Assembly (NCBI GenBank): GCA_965369655.1
Contig: CBDUQR010000003.1
Span: 1-64,000, forward strand
Length of the DNA: 64,000 nt
Direction: 5' to 3'
DNA from: an uncultured bacterium
Lineage (GTDB): Bacteria > Zixibacteria > MSB-5A5 > JAABVY01 > JAHJOQ01
Shown here: positions 51,284-61,865 of the stretch, one piece after another
Layout of the letters: the number at the start of each line of letters is the position of its first letter
Position numbering within the stretch: the stretch's first letter is position 1
Notes under the pieces: model-generated
Databases searched by the model: none
Told to the model about the DNA's origin: nothing
Seen by the model: only the letters and a program-made list of their open reading frames with translations
Program-made: the position numbers and the translations under genes

Positions 51284-52516
51284 TCATTGACTTGACAGGT
51301 GCCGGGAGCTGTGCGTTGCGGCCACACGCATGGCAGTGCCGAGTCCTATGCCGACGAGTAGGTTTGTCAGATTGAATATCTCCTCGTCCGAGAAATGGCA
51401 TTCCAGCACCGACGAGATGCACAGGAAGATCAGCGAGTAGAATGCTCCCGCTACGAAAGGATCCGCCAGCCTTTCCCCCGTCCAGGCGATGGACGAAAGC
51501 AGCCGCCGGAAGATGATAACGAGTATTGCGATGAAAGCAGTGAAACCGAGGATGCCGGTCGTCGAGAGAACCTCCAGATACTGGTTGTGCGCATGAGCGG
51601 CAGGGGCAAGGTCCGGCGATGATTTCCACAGCTCGAACGCAGCCGTGAATGCTCCCGGTCCGATCCCGAGAATCGGGTTCTGCAGGAAGAAATCGACAGC
51701 CGCTTTGACAAAAGTGAACCTGAGAGAAAATGTACTCATGATCACGGTGTCTTTGAAAGCGTGACTTATGAGAGAGACAAGCTCAGGAAGAAAGAGCAGA
51801 GTTGCCACAACGACCAGGACAAAAATCGATATCAGGTGAATGATATATTTCCGCTGGCGCAGGACAAACAGGGCGCCGGTAAGAGCGGCTGCAACAAGTC
51901 CTCCGCGAGCATGAGTCAGGACAAGCGCAACAACCAGCAAGAGCAAGACCAGCAAAAGAGCGGAACGGAACCGTTTTGTCTTTTCCGACAGGAACGGCAG
52001 GAGAAAGAACAAAGCCATGCCGTAGAAGCCGGAATATGTCAGGCTGTTGGAAAATGTACCCTTGATGCGAGGAGGAACTCCCGGCTTATGCATTGCCTGT
52101 CTGCCCAGAATTCCGTAATCATTGAAGTATTGCACTATCCCATTGATTGCGCCGAAAGCCACAGCAGCCATAAACAGATAGAGGTGGCCCTTTGTGAACA
52201 TCCCTCTTCGACCCATGTAGATACCAGCGAACAGGAATATGTATAACAACAAATGCCCGACTTCATTGATCGATTTCGGGTTGATCTCGCAGAGGAGCGC
52301 GGATACGAGCGAGATCAGAATATAGGCGACTACAGCATATAGAAGTGACGACTTGAACTCAGCAAATGCCCCGCAGACAGCCACATGAGCAAGCACGCCG
52401 AGTAGCAGTATCATGATGAATATCTCGGAGAAGGCAATCGAAAACGGAAGGAACAACACGACGCCGTACAGCGCGGGTCCGATCCAGTATTTCGATATGT
52501 TGTCAGCCGATACCAT
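51284..52516 (-). CDS. O-antigen ligase-family membrane protein
   Basis: Multi-TM, RIKGTFSN, LT.ARGG, PILGIGPG.F, HAHNQYL...GILG. Start taken at ATG 52516. Confidence 0.85.
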   Translation of the reverse strand: MVSADNISKYWIGPALYGVVLFLPFSIAFSEIFIMILLLGVLAHVAVCGAFAEFKSSLLYAVVAYILISLVSALLCEINPKSINEVGHLLLYIFLFAGIYMGRRGMFTKGHLYLFMAAVAFGAINGIVQYFNDYGILGRQAMHKPGVPPRIKGTFSNSLTYSGFYGMALFFLLPFLSEKTKRFRSALLLVLLLLVVALVLTHARGGLVAAALTGALFVLRQRKYIIHLISIFVLVVVATLLFLPELVSLISHAFKDTVIMSTFSLRFTFVKAAVDFFLQNPILGIGPGAFTAAFELWKSSPDLAPAAHAHNQYLEVLSTTGILGFTAFIAILVIIFRRLLSSIAWTGERLADPFVAGAFYSLIFLCISSVLECHFSDEEIFNLTNLLVGIGLGTAMRVAATHSSRHLSSQ

Positions 52517-52745
52517 CAGCCGCTTGTCCTCTCTTTTGGCAGAACCCTTCGCGGAACGCCATCCTCGCTTCGAATCCGAGCTTCGTATAGACACGAACGG
52601 CCTGTTCGTTATCTTTTTCCACATTTAGTCCTGCAAGATCATGGCTTCTCAGGAGCGCCACAACCGCCTCCGAAGTGACCCGGCAGGCCAGTCCCCTCTT
52701 CCTGTATTTTCTAAGCGACTTGTCGGTTACTCTTCGGAGTCGCAT
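52503..52745 (-). pseudogene. C-terminal remnant of a GNAT (FR47-like) acetyltransferase
   Basis: YRKRGLA and LNVEKDNEQAVRVYTKLGF motifs. No room for the N-terminal part before gmhA. Confidence 0.6.
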
Positions 52746-52771
52746 CGCTCGAATATCCCCGGTATCTGTCG

Positions 52772-53365
52772 CTATGCCTCGGGTGAGAGCGACGACTGGA
52801 CCAGTTCGACGACCTGGTGGAGTATGAATAGGTGTTCTTCCTGAATCCTCGTGACCGACTGCGATGGCACAACAATGCTGAAGTTGGCGATTTCAGCCAG
52901 TTCTCCACCACCCTTGCCGAGAAGCGCAGCTGTCTCGATCTGAATATCTTTCGCAGTCTTGACGGCATTGACGACATTGTCTGAATTGCCCGATGTGGAC
53001 AGCGCAAGGAGCAGATCGCCCTTTCTTCCGATCGCCTCAACCTGTCTCGCGAATACTCTTTCGAAACCGTAGTCGTTGGAGCAGGCGGTGATAACCGATG
53101 TGTCGGAGGTCAGCGAGATCGCCGGAAGTGCGGATCGCTCGACCTTGGCGGTGAGCCTGACCACCATCTCAGCCGCGAAATGCTGACTCTCGGCAGCTGA
53201 ACCACCGTTGCCGCAGATAAGAATCTTGCCACCGCCGCTGATAGTCGACGATATCATCTGGGCCAGGAACACGATTTTCTCCGGGTAATCGTTCTTGCCG
53301 GCCAGCAACAGTCGTTCTTTCTCGGCTAATGCTTCTAACGTCGATTCACGCTCAGTCTCTGTCAC
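52772..53365 (-). CDS. gmhA: D-sedoheptulose-7-phosphate isomerase
   Basis: CGNGGSAAESQHFAAE, NDYG, STSGNS, RIQEEH. Confidence 0.95.
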   Translation of the reverse strand: MTETERESTLEALAEKERLLLAGKNDYPEKIVFLAQMISSTISGGGKILICGNGGSAAESQHFAAEMVVRLTAKVERSALPAISLTSDTSVITACSNDYGFERVFARQVEAIGRKGDLLLALSTSGNSDNVVNAVKTAKDIQIETAALLGKGGGELAEIANFSIVVPSQSVTRIQEEHLFILHQVVELVQSSLSPEA

Positions 53366-53388
53366 GGTTCTACCTCCTTGTCATTGCA

Positions 53389-53561
53389 CCGTGGGCGGCA
53401 GACGTCCCTTAGGTTGTACCACAAGACGCGAAAAGCAGGTAGTCACACCTGCGAAAGCAAATAGTGTCATTCCCGCGAAGGCCCTTCGCTGTGCTCAGGA
53501 TATTACGGGAATCTATTGAATGCGTTATAGTTAAATGGACTCCCGCCTTCGCGGGAGTGAC
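53389..53561. repeat. Composite REP element (left copy)
   Basis: 53389-53426 is a direct repeat of 54373-54407. 53466-53561 (GTCATTCCCGCG...CGCGGGAGTGAC) is an inverted copy of 54440-54535. Confidence 0.9.
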
Positions 53562-53587
53562 ATAGGCCGCTTGACCTACATAGACCA

Positions 53588-54352
53588 TCACTGTTCCACC
53601 CCCATTGAAGATCGAACATGCACTGCGTCGGCGAATTCAGAAAGCATATCCCAAGACGATTCTTTCTCGAAGTGATTTCCGATCACGACAAACGATGCAC
53701 CTGAAATAACCTTGCTGTGAGCTTCCTCCGGACATTCGATACCGCCACCGACGATCACCGGGCGAGAGATGTACTCGGTCACTTCCTCGACCATCTCGTC
53801 GGGGACAGACTCTTTCGCGCCCGACCCAGCCTCGAGATAGATCAGCTTCATCCCGAGATATTCACCAGCAAGAGCATGGACCTTCGCTATGTCCGGTTTG
53901 TCTCGCGGGATCGGTAGTGTGTTCGACATGAATTCCACCGAAGTGCGATTTCCCGAATCGACGAGTATATACCCAGTCGGTATCGCCTCGATGCCGCACG
54001 CTTTGACAGCAGGCGCGCCCTTGACCTGCTCGGAAATCAAATAGTCGGGATTTCTCCCTGATATCAGCGATAAATACAGTATCGCGTCGGCTTCCGGCGC
54101 GATTTGTCTCCAGCTGCCGGGAAAGATAATCGCCGGAATTTCGGATACTCTCTTGATCGTTTTGATAATCTCGGATGCGTTCGCATCAGTCAGAAGTGAT
54201 GTTCCCACGAGAAAGGCATCGACACCCGCATCGACAGATTGCTCGACGAACGAAGGCAGACGATCCGCATTGACCCTATCCGGGTCGATCAATACGAGAA
54301 AACCAGCACCCTTCAGATTCCTGGTTTTCAACAGATGATCATAAACAATCAT
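53588..54352 (-). CDS. Geranylgeranylglyceryl/heptaprenylglyceryl phosphate synthase (group II-like)
   Basis: LIDPD, D..LVG.S, FPG, SLISGRNP.YLI, PTGYILVD.G, YLEAGSGA, VGGGI. Confidence 0.93.
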   Translation of the reverse strand: MIVYDHLLKTRNLKGAGFLVLIDPDRVNADRLPSFVEQSVDAGVDAFLVGTSLLTDANASEIIKTIKRVSEIPAIIFPGSWRQIAPEADAILYLSLISGRNPDYLISEQVKGAPAVKACGIEAIPTGYILVDSGNRTSVEFMSNTLPIPRDKPDIAKVHALAGEYLGMKLIYLEAGSGAKESVPDEMVEEVTEYISRPVIVGGGIECPEEAHSKVISGASFVVIGNHFEKESSWDMLSEFADAVHVRSSMGVEQ

Positions 54353-54372
54353 GTGACGTCCTCTTCTCTACG

Positions 54373-54535
54373 CCGTGGGCGGCAGACATCCCGAGGTTGT
54401 CCCAAGAGTGATGGTTGACTCAAGTGAGAAGCCAAGTCCGTCACTCCCGCGGAGGCGGGAGTCCATTTAACAAAAACGCATTCAATAGATTCCCGTAATA
54501 TCCTGAGCACAGCGAAGAGCCTTCGCGGGAATGAC
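54373..54535. repeat. Composite REP element (right copy)
   Basis: Partner of 53389-53561. Confidence 0.9.
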
Positions 54536-54558
54536 CGTATTTTCTCTTTCAAGCATAA

Positions 54559-57144
54559 TCACCTACTTTTCGGGTCTTTTAGGACAACCTCTTTCAAAAT
54601 CTGTTCCAGATCATCCAGACTGAAACTCTTTTTCGAGCCTCCCTGTGCAAACGTATCTTTTCCACCGCCCCTGCCGTCGAGCTTTTCGTTCACGCTCTTT
54701 ATGATCGACATCGCCGATACTCCGTCATCGGTAGCTGCTTTCGACACAGCGATGAAGTAATTGGAATCCTGCTTCATGCAAACGATGATCTTCCTCGAAT
54801 CATTCTTAACATTATCGAGATACTGCTGCGCCTCTTTTCTGCCATCGATCTCGGCAGTCATGAAGTAATAATCGCCGGCCTGAGTCAGGTTGCCAAGATT
54901 CGATTTGATCTTCTGGTCACCGTCAGCCTGCTTGAACTTGTCGATCTCTTTCTGCTGTTCTTTGACCCTGCTGACTAAGTTCTCCACTCGATCCGTCAAC
55001 TCAGACTGCGTCGATTTCAACAGAGCCGATATTCGCTGCACGCTGTCCCGATAATTCGACATGAGATGATACGCGCCCTCGCCCGTGACAGCCTCCATCC
55101 TGCGCATCCCCGCAGCGATAGCGGTCTCCTGAGTGATCGCAAACAACCCAATCTCGCCGGTCGATTTTACATGCGTGCCGCCGCACAACTCGCGGGAGTA
55201 GTCATCTATTTCCACCATCCTGACTCGCTCGCCATATTTCTCGCCGAACAGCGCCATCGCGCCGGCAGCCTTCGCATTTTCGAGCGACGTTACTTTCCAT
55301 GTCACAGGATAATTGGCCATGATTGATTCGTTTACGCGCTGTTCTATCCGCTTCAGTTCATCCGGCGTCACCGCCTTGAAATGCGTGAAATCAAAGCGCA
55401 GTCTTTCGGGATCGACATGCGATCCAGACTGCTCGACATGCTCGCCGAGGACCTCACGCAGTGCCTTGTGAACAAGATGCGTCGCGGTGTGGTTGCGGGC
55501 AATCGCCTTCCTGCGTTTCACATCAATCTCTGCACAAACTTTCTCAGTCTCCAATGCACGGATGTCGCCCTGCAGATTCTTCCCGATGTGAAGTATTGCC
55601 TCACCACTTTTCAGAGTATCAAGTACTTCAAAAATAAGCCCATCAGCTACTAATCTGCCTGTATCGCCAACCTGTCCTCCCGACTCGCCGTAGAATGGCG
55701 TCTTGTCCAGCAGCACTTCCAGCCTGCTATCCTCCCGCTCCTTCACCTTTAGCACGGTGACCTCACTGCATTGCACTGAAGAATAGCCGGCAAATTCGCT
55801 CTCTTCCTTATACGAACTAACAATGAAACCTACTGAACCGCGCGCTTCTCTGCTTCGGCGTTTTTGTTCGGCCATGTACTTCTCAAAACCCGGCATATCG
55901 ATTTTCAAATCGTTCTCGCGAGCCATGACCTCAGTCAGATCAGGAGGAAATCCATAAGTATCGCACAGTTTGAACACATCGTTTCCCGGAATGGTGTCGC
56001 TTCCCTCAGACTTCACTTTCTTCGCGACCTTGTCGAACAGCGCGAGACCGTTGTCGAGCGTCTCATTGAATCGTTCCTCTTCTCCCCGTATCAACTCGGT
56101 AACGTGCTTAGCTTTCGATTCGAGTTCCGGATAGGCGCCACCCATTATTTCTCGAACGACAGGCGTCAATTTATACACAAACGGTTCCTGAACACCGAGC
56201 AGTCTCCCGTGACGCGCAGCTCTTCTGAGAATGCGGCGCAACACATATCCCCTGCCCTCGTTGGATGGCACTGCGCCATCGGAGAACGCAAATGTCAATG
56301 CCCTGAGATGATCGGCGACCACTCGGAACGATGTCCCTTCTGGACCCGCTTCATATTTCCTGCCGCAGCGACTTTCCAGCGCACCGATAATCGGCATGAA
56401 CAGATCGGTATCGAAATTTGTCTCTGCATCCTGCAGTATACAAACAATTCTTTCGAGACCCGCGCCCGTGTCTATCGACGGCCTCGGCAATGGCGTGACG
56501 TTGCCGGCGGCGTCTTTGTCGAACTGCATGAACACGAGGTTCCATATCTCCACGAATCGATCTGTCTCGCCATTCACGACATCATTCGGACCGTTTCCGT
56601 AACCCTCACCCCTGTCGAAATGAATCTCGGCGCACGGTCCGCACGGCCCGGCGTCACCCATCGACCAGTAATTCTCTTTCTCATCGAATCTGAGAATCCG
56701 ACCTTTCAGCTCAGGAACGATCTTCTCCCACAGCTCATACGCCTCGTCATCGTCCTGAAACACGGTCGCCCAGAGGCGGTCTTTCGGCAGTTCGACAACT
56801 TTTGTCATGAATTCCCATGCGAATTCGATTGCCTCAGCCTTGAAATAGTCGCCGAAAGAAAAATTGCCGAGCATCTCGAAAAACGTATGGTGTCGCGGTG
56901 TCTCACCCACATTTTCGAGATCATTGTGTTTGCCGCCGGCGCGAATACATTTCTGACTCGATGCAGCCCGCTTATACGGCCTCTTTTCATCGCCGGTGAA
57001 AACCAGCTTGAACTGATTCATACCGGCATTGGTGAACAGGAGCGTCGGATCATCGACAGGAATCAGCGATGACGACGGGATTACCTTGTGATCGTGCCTC
57101 TCAAAATAATCGAGAAAAGACTGTCTGACTTCCGAACTCTTCAT
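54559..57144 (-). CDS. alaS: Alanine-tRNA ligase
   Basis: DPTLLFTNAGMNQFK, HHTFFEMLGNFSFGDYFK, NHTATH, ELCGGTH. Confidence 0.98.
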   Translation of the reverse strand: MKSSEVRQSFLDYFERHDHKVIPSSSLIPVDDPTLLFTNAGMNQFKLVFTGDEKRPYKRAASSQKCIRAGGKHNDLENVGETPRHHTFFEMLGNFSFGDYFKAEAIEFAWEFMTKVVELPKDRLWATVFQDDDEAYELWEKIVPELKGRILRFDEKENYWSMGDAGPCGPCAEIHFDRGEGYGNGPNDVVNGETDRFVEIWNLVFMQFDKDAAGNVTPLPRPSIDTGAGLERIVCILQDAETNFDTDLFMPIIGALESRCGRKYEAGPEGTSFRVVADHLRALTFAFSDGAVPSNEGRGYVLRRILRRAARHGRLLGVQEPFVYKLTPVVREIMGGAYPELESKAKHVTELIRGEEERFNETLDNGLALFDKVAKKVKSEGSDTIPGNDVFKLCDTYGFPPDLTEVMARENDLKIDMPGFEKYMAEQKRRSREARGSVGFIVSSYKEESEFAGYSSVQCSEVTVLKVKEREDSRLEVLLDKTPFYGESGGQVGDTGRLVADGLIFEVLDTLKSGEAILHIGKNLQGDIRALETEKVCAEIDVKRRKAIARNHTATHLVHKALREVLGEHVEQSGSHVDPERLRFDFTHFKAVTPDELKRIEQRVNESIMANYPVTWKVTSLENAKAAGAMALFGEKYGERVRMVEIDDYSRELCGGTHVKSTGEIGLFAITQETAIAAGMRRMEAVTGEGAYHLMSNYRDSVQRISALLKSTQSELTDRVENLVSRVKEQQKEIDKFKQADGDQKIKSNLGNLTQAGDYYFMTAEIDGRKEAQQYLDNVKNDSRKIIVCMKQDSNYFIAVSKAATDDGVSAMSIIKSVNEKLDGRGGGKDTFAQGGSKKSFSLDDLEQILKEVVLKDPKSR

Positions 57145-57195
57145 GATTCAACAAACTTCCCGACATCCCCTCCAGACACAGGTCTTAAGAGAGAT

Positions 57196-57855
57196 TCACT
57201 GATCGTTGTCCGGGCAGAATTCCCTGAGAAATCTCGCGGATGCGCCCATAATCGTCTCCGAACTGAACCCGCGATACCGCAGAAAATTGTTTATTTTTCG
57301 CTTTGTGTCAACCGAATTGTCCCGAAGGAATCTACTCGGTCGTCTTTCGAGAAGCTCAAACGCAAGATTTGTCTCATCCGTTCCCGACAGCTTCTCGTCC
57401 AGCACGTGGGCGATCACCGACCTGGACACTCCTTTAGCGGCAAGCTCAGCCTCGAGCATTCGTCTGCTTCTCGGCTTTAGCGCCATTCTGCTGCTTATCC
57501 AATCCTCGGCAAATTTCTCGTCGGATACATAACCATTCTTCCTGAATTCCGCGATCAGGGAATCGATACGCTCATGGTCGTATCCTCTCTGCCTGAGTTT
57601 CTGGATCAACTCTTTCTCGGAATGTGATCGGCGGGAGAGAATCCGGTATGCTGTATCTCGAAGCTTCTGATCGGTCAGCGATTCTTTGAGTTGATTGAGT
57701 TCCGATGATGAGAGGGTTCTTCCATCCCTGAGCCCAAGTTGAGCCAGCATGCTGCTGTCGACAGAGGCGAAGAACTCCCCATCAATATAGACTGAAAACC
57801 TGCCCGATACTCTCTTTGAAGGAATAATCGCTGTTACGGCAGTTCGGCTTCTCAA
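57196..57855 (-). CDS. recX: Regulatory protein RecX
   Basis: [22 protein letters not shown], directly after recA. Confidence 0.92.
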   Translation of the reverse strand: MRSRTAVTAIIPSKRVSGRFSVYIDGEFFASVDSSMLAQLGLRDGRTLSSSELNQLKESLTDQKLRDTAYRILSRRSHSEKELIQKLRQRGYDHERIDSLIAEFRKNGYVSDEKFAEDWISSRMALKPRSRRMLEAELAAKGVSRSVIAHVLDEKLSGTDETNLAFELLERRPSRFLRDNSVDTKRKINNFLRYRGFSSETIMGASARFLREFCPDNDQ

Positions 57856-58895
57856 GTCTTGCTTTCGTCGTCCTTCTTATCGGGCTCTGTCTTTGTGCCA
57901 AACAGGGCATCTCTGACACGACTGGCTAACTCGTCTCGCAATTCCTTGTTCTCGTCAAGGAATGCTTTGACATTCTCACGACCCTGGCCGAGCCTGTCGC
58001 CACCGTACGAGTACCATGCGCCCGATTTGTCCACAATGCCATGCTCGGCGGCGATATCGACTATCTCGCCTTCGAGAGATATTCCCTTGCCGTAGATTAT
58101 GTCGAATTCCGCCTGCTTGAACGGGGACGCGACTTTGTTCTTGACCACTCGCACCCGCGTGCGAGAGCCTATGATACTCTCGCCATCCTTGAGCGCCGAG
58201 ATCCTCCGGATGTCCAACCTGACTGTCGAATAGAATTTGAGGGCATTGCCGCCAGTCGTCGTCTCGGGGTTCCCGAACATAACTCCGATCTTCATGCGAA
58301 TCTGATTTATGAAAAGCAGGCTTGTTTTCGATTTCGAGACAGTCCCGGTCAGCTTCCTGAGCGCCTGAGACATCAGTCTCGCCTGGAGCCCCATGTGCGC
58401 ATCGCCCATCTCGCCCTCGATCTCGGCACGCGGAACCAGCGCGGCGACAGAGTCAATCACCACAATATCGACAGCGCCGGACCTTATCAGTGTGTCGGTG
58501 ATCTCGAGCGCCTGTTCGCCATGATCCGGCTGCGAGATCAGCAGATTGTCAGTATCTACGCCAAGAGCCTTTGCGTATAATGCATCGAGAGCATGCTCTG
58601 CATCGATGAATGCAGCGATCCCGCCCTGTTTCTGAGCTTCGGCGATAATATGCAGGGCGAGTGTGGTCTTGCCCGACGCCTCGGGACCATAGATTTCTGT
58701 GACACGTCCGCGCGGGATACCGCCGACGCCGAGCGCATAATCCAATCCGAGCGATCCGGTCGGGATTATCTGCAGACCCTCTACCCGCTGGTCTGATCCG
58801 AGCCTCATTATCGAGCCTTTTCCGAACTGGCGCTCGATCTGGACTACAGCCTGGTCCAGCGCTTTCTTCTTGTCGGGTACAGCCTGATTACCCAT
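57852..58895 (-). CDS. recA: Recombinase RecA
   Basis: [38 protein letters not shown]. Confidence 0.99.
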   Translation of the reverse strand: MGNQAVPDKKKALDQAVVQIERQFGKGSIMRLGSDQRVEGLQIIPTGSLGLDYALGVGGIPRGRVTEIYGPEASGKTTLALHIIAEAQKQGGIAAFIDAEHALDALYAKALGVDTDNLLISQPDHGEQALEITDTLIRSGAVDIVVIDSVAALVPRAEIEGEMGDAHMGLQARLMSQALRKLTGTVSKSKTSLLFINQIRMKIGVMFGNPETTTGGNALKFYSTVRLDIRRISALKDGESIIGSRTRVRVVKNKVASPFKQAEFDIIYGKGISLEGEIVDIAAEHGIVDKSGAWYSYGGDRLGQGRENVKAFLDENKELRDELASRVRDALFGTKTEPDKKDDESKT

Positions 58896-58897
58896 TA

Positions 58898-59476
58898 TCA
58901 GTCTCCTTGTGTATTTAGCAGATCAAATGTTTTCAATGGCGTATATATCGGTCCCTCGGGACGCAACGTGCTCCGATATAAGACGACTTCGGTAACTAAT
59001 GAACTCTCCGATACAAAGTCAATCACGGATAGCTCGTTCATTAAGATATCTATATTCCTGTTGTCCTTGACCCTGCCAATCGTCAGATGCGCGGAGAACC
59101 TGCGCTTCTCCGGTTTGAATCCGAACGGCCTGACCGCTTGATCTATCCTGCTCGACAATGCCCTCAGGCTCTCGTATCCTTCTTTAATGCCCGCCCAGAT
59201 AACCCGAGGATTTCGAGCATTTGGAAACTGCCCAACCCCTTCGAGTGAGAAATCGAAAGAGAGGCTGTCTCCGATGGCATTCTCGATAGACTCATATATC
59301 TGTGGAAAGATATCTTCGTCGGTATCCCCGAGAAACTTCAGGGTGATATGAAGGTTCTCCGGTTTGACCCACTTGACGCGAACATCGAGTTTTTTGAATC
59401 TTTCAAGAATACCTGCGACTGCTTGTCTCTGCTGGTCGGAAATATTCACTGCCACGAATGCACGCACCATAGTCAC
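58898..59476 (-). CDS. thpR: RNA 2',3'-cyclic phosphodiesterase
   Basis: Two 2H motifs HITL and HLTI, GPIY. Confidence 0.93.
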   Translation of the reverse strand: MTMVRAFVAVNISDQQRQAVAGILERFKKLDVRVKWVKPENLHITLKFLGDTDEDIFPQIYESIENAIGDSLSFDFSLEGVGQFPNARNPRVIWAGIKEGYESLRALSSRIDQAVRPFGFKPEKRRFSAHLTIGRVKDNRNIDILMNELSVIDFVSESSLVTEVVLYRSTLRPEGPIYTPLKTFDLLNTQGD

Positions 59477-60711
59477 ACCCCCAGAATTCGCTTCCTGAGC
59501 AGATTCAGGAGAGTATATGCGGACCTGATACGGATAACATCGCGGTCGCCGGAGAATGATCGTTTCGTCACACTGACTCCTCCGCTGTCAGCCACACCGA
59601 GATAGACAAGGCCAATCGGTTTTTCGTCGGTCCCGCCCCCCGGTCCAGCGATTCCAGTCGACGCGAGAGCGTAGTCAGTACCGGCAGTATGTCTCATGCC
59701 TTCCACCATCTGGCGGCAAACCTCTTCTGAGACAGCGCCGCACGATTCAATAGTTTTGGGATTGACCTCAAGCCGGTCTATCTTCGCCTCGTTGGCGTAT
59801 GCTACCACACCCTGTATGAAATACTCCGAACTTCCGGGAATATCGGTCAGCAGCTTCGCAATGATTCCGCCGGTACATGACTCTGCAACGGAAACAGTGG
59901 CACTATTCTCTCTAAGCAGACCCGCGACTTTTTCCACAAGATTCTCGGAATCGGTCGAGAAAACAAATTCTTTGACAATCTCGCATACTCTTGAGACGTT
60001 TTTGTTCAGTATCTCGCGAATTTCTTCTTCGTTCTCGCCTTCGGCGCGCAATCGAATCAGAATACCAGAATATGACGGCAGAAACGCGAGCCTGATTCCA
60101 TCGGGTCGATATCCCGCTTCCTTCAGCCTTGCGGCGAGCTTGGATTCAGGCATACCGAATGTCGAAATATCCTGATAGACTATGACATTGCCTGTTCCTC
60201 TTCTCTTGAGAAACGGAATTAGTCCATGATCCACGAGTGCTCGCATCTCTGATGGCACCCCCGGCAGCGAACAGAAGAGGGTCTCCTTGCGCTCAAATAC
60301 TATACCCGGTGCGGTCCCGAGGGGATTGGTCAACAGGTGTGCGCCTTCAGGCTGAAGCGACATCTCTCTTGCAATATCTGACATGGTCATACCGAGCTGC
60401 CTGTAACGGGCCTTGAGTACTTCGAGGGTCTCCTCATGCTCTACAAGACGAGTGTCAAATGCCTCGCAGATGACTTCTTTTGTGATGTCATCGTCGGTAG
60501 GCCCGAGACCGCCTGTGACTACTACAAGATCATATTCCTCAAGCGCCAGATTGATCTCGCGCAGCATATCTTCGCGGATGTCGCCAACCGATGATAGCTT
60601 CCTGACATCGACGCCGATTGCTATCAGCGCCTTTGCAATATACGTGGCATTTGTGTCGACAGTGGCGCCGGAGAGTATCTCGTCACCGATTGTTATGATT
60701 ATTGCGTCCAT
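59473..60711 (-). CDS. cinA: CinA (molybdopterin-binding domain plus NMN deamidase)
   Basis: IGDEIL.G..DTN, GGLGPT.DD.T, AESCTGG, TGIAGPGG. Confidence 0.95.
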   Translation of the reverse strand: MDAIIITIGDEILSGATVDTNATYIAKALIAIGVDVRKLSSVGDIREDMLREINLALEEYDLVVVTGGLGPTDDDITKEVICEAFDTRLVEHEETLEVLKARYRQLGMTMSDIAREMSLQPEGAHLLTNPLGTAPGIVFERKETLFCSLPGVPSEMRALVDHGLIPFLKRRGTGNVIVYQDISTFGMPESKLAARLKEAGYRPDGIRLAFLPSYSGILIRLRAEGENEEEIREILNKNVSRVCEIVKEFVFSTDSENLVEKVAGLLRENSATVSVAESCTGGIIAKLLTDIPGSSEYFIQGVVAYANEAKIDRLEVNPKTIESCGAVSEEVCRQMVEGMRHTAGTDYALASTGIAGPGGGTDEKPIGLVYLGVADSGGVSVTKRSFSGDRDVIRIRSAYTLLNLLRKRILGV

Positions 60712-60717
60712 GCCAGC

Positions 60718-61161
60718 CTAAGTCAGATAGATCACAACCTGCAGGAGCAGGTTCGCGTAAATACCGGCAACAATATCGTCGATTGTCACGCCCCAGCCTG
60801 ATGGCAGGGATTCAGCCTGTCGCGCAGGAAACGGTTTCAGTACGTCCATTGCGCGAAAGAACACAAACCCCACCAAGTAATAATACCATACTCGCGGTAC
60901 GAACACAAGGGTTACAAGCATCCCGGCGATTTCGTCTATTACTATCGGCTTGGCGTCATGCCCGAAGTCTTTCTCCGCGAATGAAGCGAGCACGATCGAG
61001 AGTATTGTCGCCACGACAGCCATCAGCGCCTGATAAATGACCGGCACATCGAAGAAAAATATGCAGATTATCAGGCCGGGAAGCGTTCCCCATGTCCCCG
61101 GAATGATCGGGAATTCACCGGTGTAGAATCCTGTAACAAGCAGTCGCACAACAGATTTCAT
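60718..61161 (-). CDS. pgpA: Phosphatidylglycerophosphatase A
   Basis: PGTWGT, IVIDE, FR..DVLKP, DDIVAG. Confidence 0.95.
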   Translation of the reverse strand: MKSVVRLLVTGFYTGEFPIIPGTWGTLPGLIICIFFFDVPVIYQALMAVVATILSIVLASFAEKDFGHDAKPIVIDEIAGMLVTLVFVPRVWYYYLVGFVFFRAMDVLKPFPARQAESLPSGWGVTIDDIVAGIYANLLLQVVIYLT

Positions 61162-61749
61162 CTACGACAGCGTACCTTTCAGCAAGTAGAAGTTCTTCAC
61201 GACATAATCGATACCGGACCATACAGTCACGACCATCGTGACGAACAGCATGATGTCAAATGTAGTAATCACTCTGGGGTCCGTGAATATCCCCCAGTTG
61301 ATATCCCAAACCGGCAGGAAAGTCTTGAGGTTAATATAGACGAGAATCACCCCGACAACTGTCATCTGAAGGAATGTCTTCACCTTCGCGAAACCGCTGG
61401 TCATGATTACCACTCCTTTGTATGCAGCGAGCGATCTCAGGCCGGTAATGAAAAAATCGCGCGCGATGATTGGCACCACCATCCATGTGCGGGCGTAACC
61501 GAGAGCGATAAACGCGATCAGGGCGGACGATACGAGTATCTTATCCGCCAGCGGGTCCATGAACTTGCCAAACCCTGTGGTAATGTTATATTTGCGTGCG
61601 AGCCAGCCATCGACGAGATCGGTCAGCGCCGCAATCGCGAATATGATCAGCGCCGCGAGCCGTGCATAGACATTGTCGATGAGAAACAGGAACACAAACA
61701 GCGGGGCAAGGAATATCCTGGTGAGTGTGAGACGGTTCGGCCAGTTCAT
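61162..61749 (-). CDS. pgsA: CDP-diacylglycerol--glycerol-3-phosphate 3-phosphatidyltransferase
   Basis: PN.LT..R, TDLVDGWLARK...T.FGKFMDPLADK. Confidence 0.96.
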   Translation of the reverse strand: MNWPNRLTLTRIFLAPLFVFLFLIDNVYARLAALIIFAIAALTDLVDGWLARKYNITTGFGKFMDPLADKILVSSALIAFIALGYARTWMVVPIIARDFFITGLRSLAAYKGVVIMTSGFAKVKTFLQMTVVGVILVYINLKTFLPVWDINWGIFTDPRVITTFDIMLFVTMVVTVWSGIDYVVKNFYLLKGTLS

Positions 61750-61770
61750 ATACGGCTTCTCAAATGCGGT

Positions 61771-61799
61771 AAGCTATCGGATATAGGAGTACGTGTCAA
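61771..61799 (-). promoter_or_regulatory. Sigma70-like promoter for the pgsA-recA-alaS operon
   Basis: Minus-strand TTGACA-N17-TAGCTT. Confidence 0.6.
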
Positions 61800-61865
61800 G
61801 TTCATAGACTCTTGGGTTTTAGGAAAAGCATCTTACTTGTAAGCACCCATCCGTTCACCACTCTC

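Noticed and set aside
53409-54552. Small ORFs 53409-53591 and 54349-54552
   Set aside because: They are translations of REP palindromes (VTPAKAG / WTPASAGVT).
55864-57072. 402-aa plus-strand ORF
   Set aside because: Antisense shadow of alaS with no recognisable motifs.
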